Below, one piece after another: positions 61,201 through 64,000 of a stretch of DNA of 64,000 nucleotides. The notes under the pieces were generated by a model. The model had not been told where the DNA came from and ran no database searches. It was given only the letters and a program-made list of their open reading frames with translations. Position 1 is the stretch's first letter. Each line of letters opens with the position of its first letter. Source of the DNA: Amoebophrya sp. A120. Taxonomy: Eukaryota; Protista; Dinoflagellata. The translations under genes were made by a program, and so were the position numbers. Location: NCBI GenBank assembly GCA_905178155.1, contig CAJINV010000002.1:2636226-2700225 (forward strand), read 5' to 3'.

Positions 61201-62996
61201 AATCCATATCGTGATCGCGTGCTTGATTTTGATCGGCGTCGCGGTGATCTACGAAATCTACCGCTGCGGAAAGGACGGGATGACGGTCTATTGCTACCGG
61301 CGGTGCTGCTGCGGCTGTTGCGATTGCCTCTGGCGGATGTGCGGGCTGAAGGGGAAAAAGTATTTTCCAAAACTAACTACAACTTTAACTTTTGTGTTTT
61401 CCTTTTCATCAAAATTCGTTATCCGTGTAGAAGAGCGTCAGCTTTGCTTCGTCTTTTTCCAGCAAGCGCAATACAAAACTCAAAAAACCTATACTTATAC
61501 CATATCAGGCCCGCCCCCGTGACTTCCCCTACGGCGACCCGGAACAACAACGCCGCGCGCGGCCTCCCCTCCGCTATCCGCCGGAACAGCAACTCTTCTT
61601 ACCAGGAATTGGTGGAAGCGCAACGCTATGCACTGCAAATATGTCTGGGTCGGGAAGAATGCAACTTGTGATGCAAATTTCAGACAACGCAAAGATCTGT
61701 CATGCATGAACAGCAAATGCGGCCCAAAAATTGGCACCGCAATAGGGGATTTGTCATGCGGATTAGGCAACATCGGGACACCTTCTCAAGACGTGTAATG
61801 CTACGATTTGCATGACAGACCTCCTTGGTCATGCAAGAGCAGCATGACAAACATCTGCACTCACCTAGACCCAGACATATTTGCATTTGATAAACGCCGA
61901 TTCGATTCCGGGATGATGGTACCAAATGTAAAAATGTCTGGGTCTGGAAGGTTGGAACTTGTGATGCTAACTTTGGACTCTAAAAAAATCTGTATTGCAT
62001 GACCAGCAATAGGAGCCCAGTTTGTGCTACGCGGGGAGGGCGTTTGTCATGCGGGATAGGCATCAGGAAGGCCTCTAAAAATATGTGATGCCAGATCATG
62101 CATTACAGACATCCTGAGTCATGGAAGATATGCATGACAAACCTGGCAACCTTCCAGACCCAGACATTTTTACAGTTGATAGATGGGCCAAGTCCCTCCG
62201 GCCTTTCTCGTTGGCCGGAACCGGGGTACTGCAGCTCATACGGCCCCGAACGTCATTCCTGTTGTACAACCGGGAGCAAATGGTGCTGCAGGTGGTCCCC
62301 CAGGGGGGATGTACTTGATGCAAGCCCCGATTCCGGTCCAGATTAACCCGAACACCGGGAGCTTGCGGTACAATCAAAATGCTAATTTGAATTCCCGGGG
62401 ACCAGCACCTGGACCACACAACCATAACAACAACCAGCAGCGACTAGGCCGTCCCCACTCCGCTCCCATGGTGACGATTATGGAGCAGTCGCAGCCGATC
62501 GGGAACACCAACAATGCGATGAATCCTCAACCACAATCCGCTATCAAATGCAAAAATGTCTGGGTCTGGAAGAATGCAAGATTTGTCATGCATATTTCTC
62601 ATGACACATGATGCCTGTAACTAATGCTTGACCTAGCATCGTAGACTTTTGGAGGACTTCCTGATGCACCTTCCGCATGAGAAATGCCCTGTTGTTCGTG
62701 TAGCAAAAACTGCACTACCCCTCTTGCTGGTCATGCAATATAATTTTTTTTACACTCCAAAAACAGCATGACAAGTTGCAATCTTCCAGACCCAGACATT
62801 TTTGCAGTTGATATCCGCTGCGGTGCAGCAAGTCCAGATTGATTTGCAGAAAGACAGTGAACTGATCATCGCCGAGGCGATCGAGTTGGCGCGGAAACAA
62901 AAGCAAAATTTGATCGTCATCACGGGGGAAGACACGCGGGTGGAAGTGGCGCCGGCAGACGCGGAAGAAGTTTTACCTGCGCTGCGGGCGGCGTGA
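58209..62996 (+). CDS. Trypsin-like (S1) serine protease with signal peptide, C-terminal TM helix and Cys-rich cytoplasmic tail (9 introns)
   Basis: CGGSLLSETHVLTAAHC, YDYAVL, TGWG, SCAGDSGGPLVC, QYGIVSQG; TM IFVIACLILIGVAVIY; CYRRCCCGCCDC. Confidence 0.92.
59072..59343. mobile_element. Introner family A
   Basis: TIRs; TSD AGCAA. Confidence 0.95.
59838..60057. mobile_element. Introner family E
   Basis: tatcctgtgtaa / ttacacaggata; TSD ATCTT. Confidence 0.92.
60108..60413. mobile_element. Introner family C
   Basis: TIRs; TSD ACGGG; lies just upstream of catalytic GDSGG. Confidence 0.95.
60632..60901. mobile_element. Introner family A
   Basis: TIRs; TSD AGCCT. Confidence 0.95.
60965..61208. 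mobile_element. Introner family A
   Basis: TIRs; TSD TCGTG. Confidence 0.95.
61360..61508 (+). other. Canonical GT-AG intron with introner geometry (G-TAT...ATA-TCAG)
   Basis: AA|gtattt...ccatatcag|G CCC restores GKKPAPVT. Confidence 0.8.
61627..61892. mobile_element. Introner family A
   Basis: TIRs; TSD AACGC. Confidence 0.95.
61920..62181. mobile_element. Introner family A (left end TAC)
   Basis: TIRs; TSD GATGG. Confidence 0.93.
62542..62813. mobile_element. Introner family A
   Basis: TIRs; TSD TCCGC. Confidence 0.95.
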
Positions 62997-63640
62997 AAAG
63001 AGGGGGTTTAGTACAATGCCTCGCCATTGGCATTGCCCAACATGAATGGTTCCTGTCGAAGGCGAAAGTACAAAAAGGGATTGACTTCTTGTTGTTTTCA
63101 GAAAGTGTAGAAGAACACTGAGTGTCTGTAGTTACCATCGAATCCATCTACCTGAAACGTTTCTATGTTTACGTTTTCATCCCAGCTTTCTTTTTCATTT
63201 TCATTGCATGTGCACATGCTTTTAAGTACTTAGTCTCTCTCTCTCTCTTCGTAGTTCAGGCTACAGCACATAGACTGCTCTATTTCTACCCGGCGCCGCA
63301 AAGGTGCTTGGTCATTTTTTTAATTCTAGAAAGACATAGAAGGTAGTATTCGCAAAGACATCAAGATCAAAGTGACCAATTCTTCGACTACTCAGTACAA
63401 GGAACAATGCGGACTTTGTTGTCTTGAGATGCTCGAGTCCTATCATGAGAACCGCTTTTGATCAGATGCGGAATAATACTACAGGACGGTGTCATGAGCG
63501 ATGAATTCACTGCATAAAAAAGTAGAAAAAACCTCTCTGTTTCTTTTTTTCTGGGTTTGCGTCGGAAATAAAAACCCTGCGTCGTGGTCGTGTTCTTCAA
63601 TGTGCACATCTGGTTCACCAGTGTGTAAGAGCGGAGGGCG

Positions 63641-63714
63641 CAAAGTAACTTTCCAGCTGGCGGCTGCCCCTGCATCCAACCAAAGCAACTTTCCAGCTGG
63701 CGGCTGCTCCTGCA
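63641..63714. repeat. Two-copy tandem repeat, period 40
   Basis: caaag(t/c)aactttccagctggcggctgc(c/t)cctgca at 63641 and 63681. Confidence 0.8.
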
Positions 63715-64000
63715 GCCCCGTTGGAGTTCAGCGCACTGGTGCCCCCTGTGGCTACCCGCGAGCGCCAACACGAATAGCCGACGGATGAAGAAAGGCGCAT
63801 CCTTCCGAAAACGCTGGCCCGCACAGTAATCCCCTCCCGCATTGTCCAAGCGCGCTACGAAATGGGGAAAGGCAACGGGAAAAAAAGGCAAGCGAGCCGG
63901 CCCCGCGTCGCCATCTGCTCGGCAATGTGGACGCGGCCGGCCTCTGGCGCCTTTTTGTCCCTGCTTTCGGTGTGGCCATTTCGGGCAGCTTTGGCGCGGC

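Noticed and set aside
80-62813. Recurrent ~30-bp repeat suggesting a CRISPR array
   Set aside because: Repeats are inverted pairs dispersed in genes with TSDs; there is no direct-repeat/spacer array and no cas gene
94-62935. Many short ORFs sharing peptides such as MSGSGR, CKNVWVWK, PDPDIF and FQTQT(F/Y)L
   Set aside because: These are translations of the family A TIR in different frames, not a protein family

Overview
Eukaryotic genomic DNA, very likely from a syndinian dinoflagellate parasite of the genus Amoebophrya. This is inferred from the massive non-canonical 'introner' invasion, co-oriented genes and an alveolate-type U6. All genes I can reconstruct lie on the + strand: two tandem ankyrin-repeat paralogs, a TAPT1/Emp65-family membrane protein, a Cys-rich PAN/apple-like protein, several charged or low-complexity proteins (one with a SAM-like domain) and a membrane-anchored trypsin-like protease. 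They are interrupted by about 48 short (145-500 bp) MITE-like elements from at least 8 TIR families. Nearly all start TAT, end ATA and are flanked by a 5-bp target-site duplication. Removing an element plus one TSD copy restores the reading frame, so they behave as introns, and they do so in either orientation. TSD mismatches point to a splice junction after TSD base 4, and show a gradient from non-canonical introners to ordinary GT-AG introns. A Pol III cluster holds a canonical U6 snRNA and, behind an identical 28-bp promoter, an apparently Alu-less ~157-nt SRP RNA. A 5'-truncated RTE-like LINE sits next to an intron-containing gene fragment inserted at the same target sequence. No DNA transposase is present in the window.
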